A DNA stretch of 63,085 bases, counting the filler, from Diploschistes diacapsis (taxonomy: Eukaryota), in assembly GCA_023645945.1 (NCBI GenBank). It is 5 parts of 5 records of this genome, joined end to end, with 100 filler letters (N's around TTAATTAATTAA, not from the genome) between each part and the next. Parts side by side here need not be neighbours in the genome. Positions count along the whole stretch, not along the records: positions 25,303 to 37,849 come from JALAIB010000730.1; positions 37,950 to 50,472 come from JALAIB010000731.1; 3 more parts are not named here. One strand, 5' to 3'. The notes beneath the pieces are model-generated. The model did no database searches. It was not told the origin of the DNA and saw only the letters and a program-made list of their open reading frames with translations. The translations under genes and the position numbers were made by a program. Shown here piece after piece: positions 25,930-39,078 of the stretch; the stretch's first letter is position 1; each line of letters opens with the position of its first letter.

Positions 25930-28597
25930 CTAACGCACGATCACATCCGGCTGCGCCTGCCGCTCCTTCGTCGCCGCACAGCTCTTGTTCGACCACGCCA
26001 TCTCCAAATCGTCCACATAGTACGTCAGCCGCGTCGTGCTCGTCGGCAGCGTCGCCACGAACTGCACGCGCGTCAGGTTGCGGAAGTCGTCGGTGAAGGT
26101 GATCTTGGCGAGGCTGCAGCCGGTCAGGCCGGGGCACGGCGGGGTGGAAAAGACCATGGTGGCGTCGGGCCCGATCTCGTTGGTGGCGGCATCCACGGTC
26201 CACCCGTTGGCGCTCCACTCGCAGTCGTTCGGCCCGCTGTTCTGGCATCCGAAGTAGCCGGAGAAGAGGTCGACCCAGTAGGCGGTGGAGGTGTAGTAGG
26301 CGTTTGCGCCGAATGCGCCGTTGAAGTCTTGGTCCGGGAGGGGCGTGCCGGTGAAGTTATCCGAGTGTGGCTGGTCGTCGGCGTCGACGATGAAGATGCC
26401 GAGATGGGGCGGTGATTGGGGGAGGAAGGGAACGGCGGGCCGGGGAGCGTACGACCAGCCATTGGCCCAGACGAGCTGGTGGTATGGGTTCTCGATGGGA
26501 GGGAAGACGCTGGTGTTGTTCTTGCTCGTGGCAAAGGAAGGAAGATCTTCCCAGTTGATGGCGAAGCTACCGGAGTCGCGGCCAGTGCAGTTGGCTCCCG
26601 AAGAAGGGACTCCTGAAGGAATTGAGGAAGTGATGCTGGGCCACGCTACGGTGCCAGTAGGTTGAGGACCCATCGAGATTGTCATAAGGGTGGACGGTCC
26701 TCCAGTCGAGTTCCAGCTTGGAGGGGATGAGTAGGGTGGCGGGCTATTCACGGAGGGTTGAGCGGCAGTAGCTACTGCTGGGGTGAAAGAGATGACTGCA
26801 CCAATCGAGGAGCCTGATGCAGGGCTTGGGGTCAAATTGGGCTCAGACTCAGTGCCAGTTTCTGAAGCTGAAATCGAGAAGCTTTGAGAGCCACCCGATG
26901 AGGACATGGAGCTGACGGATCCGATCGTTGACGCAACGGCAGAATCGTTGCAGGCAGCAGTACTTGAGATATTGCCCATAGCACTAATCACAGTGACCGA
27001 CGCTTCGATTGAGGAAGCCGTCGAAGAAGTAACGTCCATAGTAGTAGCAGCGCCACTAGGAACTGCGTCGCTGGTAGCAACACTGATTGTAGTGACTGAC
27101 ACTTCCATTAGGGAAGCTGTCGGCCCGCTGTACGTATTGATCCATGACACCAAGACCCCATCAATTGTGGCGTAGACGGTGGCTCCAACTTGACGTTTTC
27201 CCAACTGCTCTTCAGACAACGGAGTCGCAACTGGCTCGGTCAAACCACCAAGTGAACTCATCCTCCATGTGCGACTAGTCGGCTGTGCTTTTGGTACAGG
27301 AGCGGTGGGATAAGACGCTAGAATCAAGGCAGAAGAAGATGATGTACTGGATAGTTCAGCGGTACTTGTCAAGTCTGCCGCAGCTGACGAGGTCACAGTA
27401 GACACTGAGATGCTGGCCATGGTGTAAGAAGGTGCCATAGGGACAGCCACAGATGAAGTATTCACACTGAATTGGGACGTGGATGATGAGATTTTTGTTT
27501 CGGTGGTAGAGGCGACTGGAATCGAAGAGTCGCTAATCACAGCAGGGACGGTTGAGAAAGCCAGTGTATCTGATGTTGCCACTGTTGAGATGACCATCAC
27601 GTTGCTTGAAAGATTGGTTGACGAAGGAGGTACAGAAGCTATTGTGAACCGAGAGGTGTTCGTTGAGCTCGAGGTATTTGCAAAAGCGGTAGATTGGGCA
27701 GCCGCCGAGGAGCTAACGCCCATGGGTATGCTCATAGACATGCTCATAGGCATACTCATGGGGTAGCTCATGGGCATATTCATGCTTGGAGTATTAGACG
27801 CTGCGGCTGCCGAGCTGCTGTTCAAGGGCATGCTCATGGACATGGCCGTGGTAGGGTTGTCAGATGTTGCAACTGCAGATGCAATACTGTTCACAGACGT
27901 GCTTGTGCTCGTGCTCGAGGATTGTGCCGCCGTTGGAACAGCTGAGCTCTCCCGGCCAGTCCCGAACGGCGCGGCTGAGCCGCTCGAGGCGGCAGGACCG
28001 GTGTAGCTCAAGCCCATGGTACCAGTTGGAGTCAGAGTGGCAAAGACGGTGGCGTGAGCAGTATCAACGACAGTCATTGTCACTACCGTGGAAGACGGAA
28101 CCACGGTGTTCTCAGGCCGACCATCCGGAGCCTCGGAAAGAACACCAGGGGCCAAAGGAACGACAGATGCAGTGCTGAGGACGGTAGTGACATAGTCAGT
28201 AGCTACAGCGGCACTGACGGCAGGATTTGATACAACAGTCATCAAGTCTGTTAGAGTCGACCCAACCTGGGTGACGGTCGTCTCGGAGGCTGTAGGCTTC
28301 TGCTCTTTTGGAACCGAAACAGCCTGCTTGGCCGAAACGGCGGGTAGGCCAGCAGTTGAGTCGCCATGGTTTGTGGGAGAGGCCATTACGGTGACGGTGA
28401 CTGTCTCAGGAGCACACATCTCCTGTGAGGCAATACTGCATCATCATATAATCAGCACAATCAGTTAAGGTTTGGAGAGAACAGCCCATTGAAGGTTTTC
28501 TTGAATGGATCATAACAGTTAAAGGTATTGTGACTTACCCTACTCCATTGACACCTAGGGTTAGCATGAGCCCGACACCCACCTGATAGACACGCAT
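25930..28597 (-). CDS. Secreted Ser/Thr-rich (mucin-like) cell-surface protein with a Cys-containing C-terminal globular domain
   Basis: Exon 1 MRVYQVGVGLMLTLGVNGV (signal peptide), GTAAGT intron ~28538-28439, long S/T/A region, KRQVGATVYATIDGVLVSWINTY motif, C-terminal INWEDLP..PIENPYHQLVWANGWSY..YYVDDL domain. Confidence 0.8.
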
Positions 28598-29449
28598 TTC
28601 GATGAACGAATGACGGAAACGACGGAATCGAGTGAGCTCAAGGCCCTAGGAAGAAAACGGGGTAGTTAACGCGTGAAGAGGTGGATATGAAAATTTCGAA
28701 GGAGTGTGGGTGGGAGTGGAAGAAGAGAAAGACGGTGGACAAAACAGTTGAGCAGTAATTTTATAATATCATGTGGGAGGCTGAAGCAAGTGTTCATCGA
28801 TTCACACTCCAAAGAGAATAAGATTACGGCCAAGAGGTTCGACTAACAACAGCACCAAAGACCTCACCAGGTGCTTGCTTGTCTGTCACAGCCAGGAAGG
28901 ACTATGCCATTTGGACCACCTCGACAGACAGCATTTGGAATCCCTCAAGTGCTCATCCAAAACTCAATGAACGAGATGCCTGACCTGTTGCTACTGTCAA
29001 AGCAAAATGAAATGAAATGAAATCTCCCTTACGCGTCAATCAATCAATCGGGGTTCATTGCTGTTGCACCACCGCATCGATACCCTCGGATATGCCGGCT
29101 TCGTGCAGCACCATACGTTGTTTGCCCGCAAGCACGGATTGCAGTATTCACGTTGTTGAAGACTTGGTAAATGATGTGCGAGGGAAGGCTAGGAACCAAG
29201 AACAAGGCATTGCAAATCTGTAAACACAAAGTTCGGCTAATAGCAACTGAAGAAAAAGGTTCGCTCATTTTGTTTTGGCACTGTTTATGAACAAGAATAT
29301 TGCTTTGTGGGTGGGGTATAATCTTCCAACTTTATCGCACCGTGTCAACGAGACAAGCTCCAACAAAGCAGCGGAAGCAGGAGCTCCGTCGCGACTCCTA
29401 CCGCCTGATTCCTTTCAAAGAAATATCATTCGTGTCGGCTGTACAACAG

Positions 29450-31180
29450 TCACGATTTTCGCTCCGCCAAGGGGACTTCCAGCTTTCGTACCGTCAATTT
29501 GGCCTTTGTTGGAGGAATCTGCGCGTTGCCGCTCCATGAATTTTCCGGCCTTTTCTCCAATCGTTGGATATCGAAATTGAGTATCGCCTGAACAAGCAAG
29601 AGCTTAATCTCCTGCACTGCGAAGAATCTTCCCGGACAAGAATGTCTGCCGAGGCCGAAGGTGAGGAACGCCGGCCCCGTAGTCACGGCGGTCATTTGTC
29701 GATCTTTGAGGATACCAGCCGTGTCCTTTTCGCTGCCGCCGTGTGTTACTGCATCTGACGTGAGAGTTTCCCGTGCGCGAGAGAATCGGAAGGGATCCCA
29801 CGTTGCGGCATTCTCGTAATGCCCGTCCAGCATTTGAGGGCCATAGCTGTGAACCGCAATGTGCGAGCCCTCGGGAAGGTTGATGCCGTTCTCCGTAACG
29901 AGGCCTCCCCTGGCGGTAACTTTTCTCGCGAGCCCAAAGGCGCCCAACGCCCCCAGCCGCATGCTTTCGCGGACGACGCTATCCAAGCGGACCAGCTTCG
30001 CAAGACTGCCCTTCGTCCAGACTCTTCCGGACTCGTTGTAGACTCGGCTAGCCTCTTCCCGAAGGCTGTCGACGACATCCAGTTCTGCAGGGGAAGACGC
30101 TATATCGAACAAGATATTCGTGCTCATGGTTGAAGTAGTATGAATGGCAGCAAAGCTGGTTGCCATGTAACGCTTGGCTATGAGGGTGGAAGACCATTCC
30201 CGACGATCGGTGCTTTTTAAGCCATTACGAATGTTCCACTGCAACAGATCGAAAGGTTCTTCAAGTTTGGAGGTCTCATCCCGCTCCTCTTTAAGGATAT
30301 TTGCTTTCCTCTGATCAATGAGCGGGATCAAATGCTTGGCGGCAGTGTTGAAATATTTTCGATTGGCCACGAGAAGAGGCCAGCCGAAGACGTCTCTCAG
30401 GGATTCTGGTATGGGCCGCAGTAGAGTTCCGGCTACCACTACAGCGACCGCAAAACCCACAGTTGCGTCGATGAACTCCACGTTCCTGCCTATTTAGCTC
30501 GTGTCAGTCACAGGTGATTATCGTGGTTTTGGAGCGCAACATACAGAGCGCTTCGCCAACGAAGATCCTATTGCTTGTTCTTGCGACAATCTTCGTAAGG
30601 GTTTCCCATAAGCAAATATCGTGCCATTCCGTCTTTGTTCCCCAGAAAAAATCGAGACTCTGCAGGAGCTCATCCTGTACCGGCTCCAGCGTTGTACCCA
30701 ATGTCCTTGTGAGCTCAGTGCGGATGACCATCTCGTGAATGGGAGACCTCAGGATAGCCTCGTCTAGAATACCACGATCCAAAGCCATGGTGTCCTTGAG
30801 CAGCCCGTGCACGCTCATGTTCGATTCAGGCTGATCAGCCACCCATTGCATGGAGGTCGCAGGCAGTACAATCAACGGTTGACCGAGGAAGGTGGGAAAG
30901 AGGAATGCTTGGCCGTTGCTCGAGTACTGCCACGAATCAGCTCCAGCGATAGACTTTCTCGTGTGGGTCGACCAAATACCTGTTTCCAACTGGAAGCAAA
31001 CACGCTTCGGTAGTCCATGATTGAGAATCGTGCTCGCAGCTTTGCCAGAGGTCCTGCTGGAAGACCCACCCAAGGAAGTGTATCAAACGCAGTGGGCTTC
31101 CGGGTGACATGTCCGTACACGGAGTAAAGCAAGAGCACGAATAGTGGCAGTAATGCCAACGGATTGATCAAGAAGTCCAT
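29450..31180 (-). CDS. Cytochrome P450 monooxygenase (3 exons)
   Basis: N-terminal TM anchor, I-helix FAAIHTT, ExxR (RESMR), WDPFRF, heme motif FGLGRHSCPGRFFA. Confidence 0.95.
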
Positions 31181-32357
31181 TGTTGTGTGCAGGGGTTGAT
31201 ATCAAGACTCCAATGCCCTGACCTGCCTCAAAGCCTACCGAAGGACCGCTCGATGCTACTATACAGTTGCAAAAGCCAGCGGTAACTGCTGTAAAACTTG
31301 GTGCCTGTATTGGAACCCTCCCTGTTATCCTCCAAAAACTCGACGATCAACGTCTAGACAATGTAGAAGAAACGGAAGAAACGAAAGGCAATGGAAGCTC
31401 TCTTAAACATATGGTGCTATAGGGCGCCAGCGAAGCTCGCAATGTGCCTCCATGTTATGGTCAAAGCTGGGATTCCTTGGGACCAACCTGGCTAGAACTA
31501 GCAGCCGCGACCAGAGCTAGGAAAATAAGGAGAGAAAGCCGATCAACAGACGATGAGAAATGTAGGATCTGAGTATGAAATGCAAAGTCACCCATGCTGC
31601 TTGGCAATGTCATGCTCGTTAAATATGCTTTACCCGAAGCCAAAGATTCGTCTGCCTTCCCCAATACGGAGTTGCTAGTTGAAGATAACTTTCCAGACCG
31701 AACCCCGCGGGAGAGGGGGGGGATACTACAGAGATTGATACACAAGGGTCAGTTAGTATACGAAGCTCTCGTAAACTACCTATCAAAAAGGGAAATTTGT
31801 TCGTGGGTGATTAACCTGTTTTGTTTCGTTGCGGTGGGGGCTTTTTGGAGCAAAATTGATCAGCGGGCAGGAGGCCATTAATGCCATTAATGCCATTATG
31901 CCATTTATGCGGGGGGCATGGGAAAGACCTTGTGATAGGAGGCTGGAGGTGCTGTGCTGTATTATATTATACTGCTGTATTATTTTATACATACCTTTGG
32001 CCTGACATGTGAATAGCACGAGGAGTCAATCAGAATTTGCTCTGCTTCCCACGGCTTTACCTAGTAGCAGACCAATAACAATGATGCTCGTACATAGCTA
32101 CACTGTACACCCAGGGAGGAAGCAAAATCGAAAGGCTACCGGTATTGAAGGCCGTAGTACTTCATACTGTGGCAAGTTATTGCAGACGTGGCGACTTCTC
32201 GTGTCTTGAGCTGATTAAGACGGATTATTATAAGCCCGGCGGCCGAACTAGCAACTGGCTTGCATAAAATTCATTGATGTAAATCTTCGCAGCAACCGAC
32301 CACCTAGGATGATAGTAGGCCAAGCGTAACTATCCAGGGCTTTCTGCAGTTGAGGGG

Positions 32358-34097
32358 ATGCTGAGCTGCCCACGCATTGTTGAGAAAGTGTCTTGTGGAG
32401 TACGTCGACCACTTTTCCTGCCAGTCCAGAGTGCACCACGTCTACTTAGCACTTTGTCTGCTATCCGCCATGGCATCCGACGATCGGCCACAGATCGTGA
32501 GGTTCGAAGTTCGTGGCACGTGAAACCCAGCCTCAAGGAAGATGCGACCGTACCTCGGAAAAGAGGATCTCATATACTATTCGAAACAGCGCGCAAGCAA
32601 TGGCCCAGAGTTGTTATAAGAGAGGAGGATGAAGGTCGCTACGATCGATACCCGAAACGTAGCGTTGAGAAAGGTACAGCTGTGAATCGACAGAGAGAAG
32701 ACCGGACAACATTTGGAGTAAAGCGCAAGGAATGGCCCAGAGCTACCACGAGAGACGAAGATGGCATCCAACTATCGGCCAAAGATCGCGAACCTCTAGA
32801 TTCGCGACGTATGAAACGCAGCGATGAAGAAGGTTTAGCTGCAGATAGGGTAGGGAAAGTCCAGAAGACATTCGAGGCAAAGCGCAGGCAATGGCCTGGA
32901 ACTATCACAAGAGGCGAGGAGGATGAGAGTCGTTACAATCGACAAACCGAGGCTCGCAGTGACCAAGCACCAAGAAGTGGGAGGACAAGAATCTCGGACT
33001 TGAAGATAGAATACACCACGCCGGCCTCGGATTTCATATACGGCACATCTTCCGTCCTTGCAGCTCTCAAAGCAGGTCGACGCAAATGCTATAAGCTTTA
33101 CGTCACCGAGGCTTCTGAGAATCGCCCAGTCTCTCTGGATACTCTTGAGAAGTTTGCTTCACTGAGAGGGGCCAAGGTAGTATTAGTCAAGCCAAACCAG
33201 ATTGGCTCCTTGGATAAGGCAAGCAAAGGGAGACCACACAATGTACGAAGATGTTATTTGTCGGACAATGACTAGCTGCTAATAATAAACAGGGCCTCAT
33301 CCTCGAAGCTTCTCCTCTTCCGATAAAGCCTATCCATTCACTCTTGCAGGTTCTCCGGCCACAGCAGAGCTTCCAAATAGGTCTAAGCTATCAAAGCGAG
33401 GAAGAGAAGCTGGTCAATGGTGAGGACCCTGAAGTTCACGTGCAAGATCCTGAAAGATACCCATTTGTCATTATGCTTGACGGAATTGTGAGTCGAAATC
33501 CTAGCTGCAACCCATAATCGCAGTTTCATCAATACACGTGCCAAGTTAACAGCAAAACAGCAAGATCCTGGTAATCTCGGGGCCATACTACGCTCCGCTT
33601 TTTTCCTAGGAGCGGATGCTGTCATCTTGTCAACGCTGAATGCGCGACTTACTCCCATAGCCCTCAAGGCTTCCGCCGGCGCTTCGGAAAGCTTACAGTT
33701 GCTTTCAGTTCATAACACAAGCGCCCTCCTTAATCTTTCAAAGAACAATGGCTGGGAGGTGTATGCCGCAGTTGCACCCCCCGACCTAGATAACCCGCAG
33801 ACCAAACAAGATCGGCGTTATCTCTTCGCAACGCAGCTAAGCAAACCGCTCCTTGGAAGTCCGTGCCTACTCCTTTTGGGCGAAGAAGGAGCTGGATTGA
33901 GGCGCGACCTGGTGCAAAAAGCTGACCACCTCATCAGCATCGGCGGGCCTAGGAGAGGGCAGGCGGGACTGGACAGTTTGAACGTGAGCGTTGCAGCGGC
34001 GCTACTCTGTGAGGCTTTTCTGCGCAAGCCTTCCGAGCCCAGCAGTCTGCCTGACTATCCCACATTGGGTGTGGACGGCGATGAACGGCTGTTCTAA
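32358..34097 (+). CDS. MRM1: Mitochondrial rRNA 2'-O-methyltransferase (SpoU/TrmH family)
   Basis: YTTPASDFIYGTSSVLAAL, GRPHNGLILEA, LDGI.DPGNLGAILRSAFFLG, KASAGASE, LGEEGAGL, DSLNVSVAAALL. Mitochondrial-type N-terminus. Confidence 0.92.
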
Positions 34098-35552
34098 TAA
34101 AGCCATATCTCCCCACTTCCCTGATGCTATAATTTCTTGTCTCAAGGATCGCATGAAGGGCATTGATGGCTCTACGTAAGTGTGTAATCTGGACGTTCTA
34201 TGTCAGGCTGGTATAATCTCATTTTTTGACGACACCCCATATCTGCCTTATTGATTCGAGACTACTGCAGGATCGTAGGGCAAAAATAAGTCCAAGGCGG
34301 CTGCTTCTTCAAGTTTCCTAAAGAGCTATGCACGTATGCGAGCCGCATACACTAAAAGATCCTGAGCAATGAAGAATCCGCAAGACGGCAATTCGGGAGC
34401 AGAACCGCTTGCTATAACAAATTTCACATCCGCGTGTACACTCAACTATGGCACTTTCTCATTCACAACCTGGGTATCCGGGGGTCCTCGCAGAACTTTG
34501 AATTAACTAGTTGTCAAATTATTAATCCACGCTCTCATCGAAATGGAAGACTTTCGTCTTTGTAATGATTCCGTTGACTCACCCATGCAGCTGCCCATTT
34601 TTAAGTTCAAAAACAGGTCAGCACCAGTATTATAAGGGTTGGGAATTACTGAGTAGGTAGACAGCTAACTTTTCTGTGAGCTGCAAAATTCCACACTACA
34701 CCAGAGATGAACATACAATCAATCACAAACCTACTTGCCGGCTTGGAGCGGCACGTTCCTCTTGGTCTGAACTCCCTACACATTCACTCTTGAGCCATTG
34801 GAATGACACGAACATGTGAATCTCGCTGCCTCTACTATTTGTCCAAGACCCTCCCCCAGCTTCAACTCCTCTTCTTCTTCAACCTTCTTGAAGTGGGAGG
34901 CAGCCGCATCCTTCTTTACCACTTCGGATAACCGCCGCTGTTGGCCTTGAGAGTCCATTGAGGTAAGTCACTTGGAGCTAGAATCTACCTTGGAGCTCAC
35001 AGCTGACCTGTCTCCCAAATATCAGGCTCTCAAGCTCATGTATAAATATTAGCAGACTGACAAAGCCGTAGCTCTAGCTTTAGCGAGAGCTTCCATGGAT
35101 GTTTGACAGAGAACCCTAAAGAAGGTACGTCAAAACAAGCAAAATTTGCTCCAAGCATTTGTTGCCCTGCTGTTCCGGATTTCACCCAAGCCCATGTCTG
35201 AACGCTTTGCGGGGGATGGAGCCTAGTGGCCAACATGTTCATATCTTGGAATATGCGCTGCATGTCTAAATTGGTATAGATCATTGAGACAACTTTTTTT
35301 CCATAGTCTTGTATTGTTTGTGCATCCCGTGCTGCAGCTTGGGATTGGCATTGTGCCCTTTCAGTCCGCTCAACGCATTGATTGCTGCTTAGTGTATCGA
35401 ACGCTTTTTGTGTTCAACCTTGGGCTGTAGTCATGGTTTTGCATGATTTCATACCAGCGTTCTATCCGCTGCGGTACTTCTCAACTGAGCTAAGATGCTC
35501 TTCTTGTGCTCGCTAATACTTAAGCTAGAGATCACCCCCAACATCATCAATC

Positions 35553-37345
35553 ATGTCACTCAACAAGCAAGCAAAGACACCCATCAACATGCCGCTGCGG
35601 ATCAACGATAAAAAACACCACATCAAGACACTTGACAAGCCAATGTCCAAAAGCTCTGAACAGTCGCTGGCTATGGCAGGCAAAAGTGAGGGCCCTAAGC
35701 CGACGCATTTTCTGGCGCGAGGAGAAAATCAATATACTCCTCTGATAGCCCTAGACGAATTGCCAGCTTGGATCTCTATACACGGCCTACCACTCTATAT
35801 CAGTTCCGAGGATCTCCTGAAGTGGAAAGCTACTGCATGCTTTCCGGCTGCTACGAAGCATGCCGAGCCTTATAAGGTCTTGATGAGCGCCTCCGGTCGT
35901 AACGATGGTGAGGCGTCAAGCGACGAATCCGACAATGTTCCTAGCACTCGTGCTGTTAACGTAAGCTACTCCCAATCTCGTAATCCTGCTACACCAAACT
36001 AACAGGATATCAGGCTAGGCTATCCCGAGCTCCTGGAAATCAAGGAAGGAACAGGGAGTTCGGAATCAAGGAAAGTCTTGTCCTTGCTCATGGGAACACA
36101 GCCGGTGGAGCTGGTGGCCAGCGTTATAACCCAACAACACCTGGTGTGCTCGGTCGGAAGGTTTTCTGTACCCACTGGATGCGCACCGGCGAGTGTGACT
36201 TTACTCAGCAGGGCTGCATGTTCGTTCACCGTATGCCAGACCTCGATACGCTTGAGGTTCTCGGCTTTCGTTCGTACCCTCGTTGGTTTCGTGAAATGCC
36301 GCGTGACTATCAGCTTGATAACTCCAATCAATTTGACGAAGCTGGTCTCGATCAGGGGCACAGGCACAATATACCGTCAGGCGCAGGAGCTCACAAGGTC
36401 GAAGGTCAAAGCTGCTATGAACAAGAGCGCGCGCTTCACGGTAGGGACTACGGCAAAGACCATGCAATCGCATACGGCCATGACAACGGCAGGGAATATG
36501 GGCGAAACTATGAACGAGAACACGGTAGAGACCGCCAATACGGCGGTTATAGCCCTCCACTTGGACATTACCGCGGCTTCAACCCACTTCGTGGTGGTCC
36601 CCAAGCCCAGCCGTACAGTTACGGACCTTCTCCGTGGGACGGGCCTTCTCACGGTGCTGCACCTCACCAACGTATTTGGTCCGTGAACACAGCCAGTACT
36701 TCCGCAAATAACCCTCAGCAGCATGGCATACCGTACGGTCGCCCATTTGTTCCTCATACAGCGGCTCCTCATAATCAGGCTACTACTCGCGATGATCAGG
36801 GTCCTTCTCCCACCGTGGCTACCCCTGTAGAGTCCCCTCAAGTGAGTCCCGATTACAACCACTCGTTCTTCAGTCGCGCCACAAGCCCTACAACTACTCT
36901 GAACAGGACGCACAGGGCTCTCTCTCCTAGTCCTCCGGAATCTCGCCAAGCCACTAATTCTCCAGAGGCGACCGGCCGTCCCTCTCGCCGCCCACTGAAC
37001 GATGGCGTGCCACCGTCCCCTGAGCAAACATACGTCAAGCGCTTCCAAGGCGCAAAACCCAAGGTCTTTTCGGCTCCAGATGCCAGGGTCTCCGGCCCCC
37101 CAAAGCCACCCGCTCTCTCGGAGTCTACGCATGCGCTTGTGCCTGGCATCCAGCGCGGTAGAGCTCGTCACTTCGCTGCATCCCCTCGTGGGGCGCTCCG
37201 TGTCTCTCAGCACGTCCCGCATACTGCGGCCTCTAACCGCGGTCCAAAAGAGGCTACCTCCAGCGGTGTGGCAGTCAAGAACGAAGACCAGTGGGACGCT
37301 CTGGAGCCTCTAATGGACGTGCGCTCTAATCCGGACAGAAAGTAG
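35553..37345 (+). CDS. CCCH zinc-finger protein of unknown function (2 coding exons)
   Basis: HFLARGENQYTPLIALDELP motif, GTAAGC...ATCAG intron ~35961-36013, CTHWMRTGECDFTQQGCMFVH (C-x8-C-x6-C-x3-H). Confidence 0.75.
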
Positions 37346-37849
37346 ACGTACGTCTACTTGCCGGTACTATCATAACGGGCTACTACTGCTGATGTGCCAA
37401 TGTCACTTAACGAATAGCAGCCAAGCACGCAACGGGCATACTCCGAAAACCTGCGATGCTGGGCTTGTCAATCTACCATCAGCACATCGAACCATTTTAC
37501 ACCTCGATTGCCCCATCGCTAGACTTGGCCAGCTGTGAGTTACTGATCTGCATCCCTTCACTTCTCCTACTCCAACGACGCTGTGTCGACGCTCCGTGGC
37601 TTCTCCAACCAATGCTACGTTTATCAATATGAGAGCTGGCACCACTTTGCCCTTTATAGATTTAGGTAATATTTTACTAGATTTCAAGCTTGCAATTGGA
37701 GTTTTCAAGTGTTAGTAACATCTGCACCAGTCTCGCGTAAGTGATATACGAAGCATACAAAATGCTGCAAATGTTATACAACATATCCTTATATACTACA
37801 AACCAACACCCATCCCCGCGGAACCCCAATCTAACCCACCACCCTGCCC

Positions 37850-37949
37850 NNNNNNNNNNNNNNNNNNNNNNNNNNNNNNNNNNNNNNNNNNNNTTAATTA
37901 ATTAANNNNNNNNNNNNNNNNNNNNNNNNNNNNNNNNNNNNNNNNNNNN
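37850..37949. other. Artificial contig linker
   Basis: 44 N + TTAATTAATTAA + 44 N. Confidence 0.99.
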
Positions 37950-39078
37950 CCCCCCCCCCTGCAGCATAGCAAGGGCAAATCGTCGACAGCAACAGCAGCA
38001 CATTGAGGTAGCTTTGGTACGTATAACGAAAGGTGTTCCGGTGGGGGGTTTTCCCATCTTCTGGGACCGAGTGATGGAGAAGGTGTTCCAGTGCCGGTGC
38101 GGCCCGGAAGCGTCGTCGACAGGAACGAAGAAGATGCAACAGCTTCCGGTGATGCAACGTTCGTTTTTGCTCTTTGCTTCGATAACAGTATGGGGGCTGC
38201 GGAAAGCCTCTGGAGTAGGGGCTCGGAATGAAATGTTTGACGGTCCAAGCATCTTACTGCGTATCGTCGTCGTCGTCGGCGGTATTTCGGCAGGACTTAC
38301 CCCTGAATCATTAAATTACCTGATCCGGCAGGATTTCAACCCCGCATTTTTGCGCTGGGTGTGCGTCCTAATTTGTCGATCAAACTTCAGCATCGGTGCC
38401 AGTAAGCTATAACTCGCATCTCAAGCACTGTAATGTAAAGAGAAAATTTTTAAAAAAAATTAAAAAACTGTAAAAGAAGGAATCGATTTCCCACGTACCT
38501 TCATCGTAGGCAACTAAATAACTAGCCTGCTATCAGCCAGTCGTTCATTTCACAAGGCCTAATCTCCATGGCGAACTATAAGAACGGTTGCCCCTATTAC
38601 CTGGCATGGATCAGAAAAGAGGAAACTTTTGAAGAAGAATGGATTCAATTTGCCGATAGTGCCTGAACAAGGTGCTAAGCCGTAAAGAAAATGTCGCGTC
38701 CCAATTGGCTGTGCTTGGGTGGGTACTATAAAATCACATTCTTGGGTTCAACGTTTCCCTCTACACAACTTAGGTATTGAATCGGTGTCTTATTTTGTCT
38801 GTCTAGACATCGGAGTACTGTTTGTGTATGCTATATACTATTGTGATACTGATTGTTAATAAGGCAATGGTCCATGGCCAGAAGCTCCGAGTAATGTCTG
38901 GCATTTTGTCACTCGTCCGATGCAAGATAAATAGCTAAAGTAATTTTTGTCCATATTTCGCTAAACATGTCACGAAATGTTGCCCCCATATCTGCTGGAG
39001 CCTAGAATCACAGAGTCGTGGCGCATATTTATAATCCCATGACTTACGAAGAAGCCCCTTTACTGGACCCATCCTCCA

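Noticed and set aside
29450..31180. Secondary-metabolite gene cluster around the P450
   Set aside because: Neighbours on the contig are a cell-surface protein and MRM1; no PKS, NRPS or terpene synthase.
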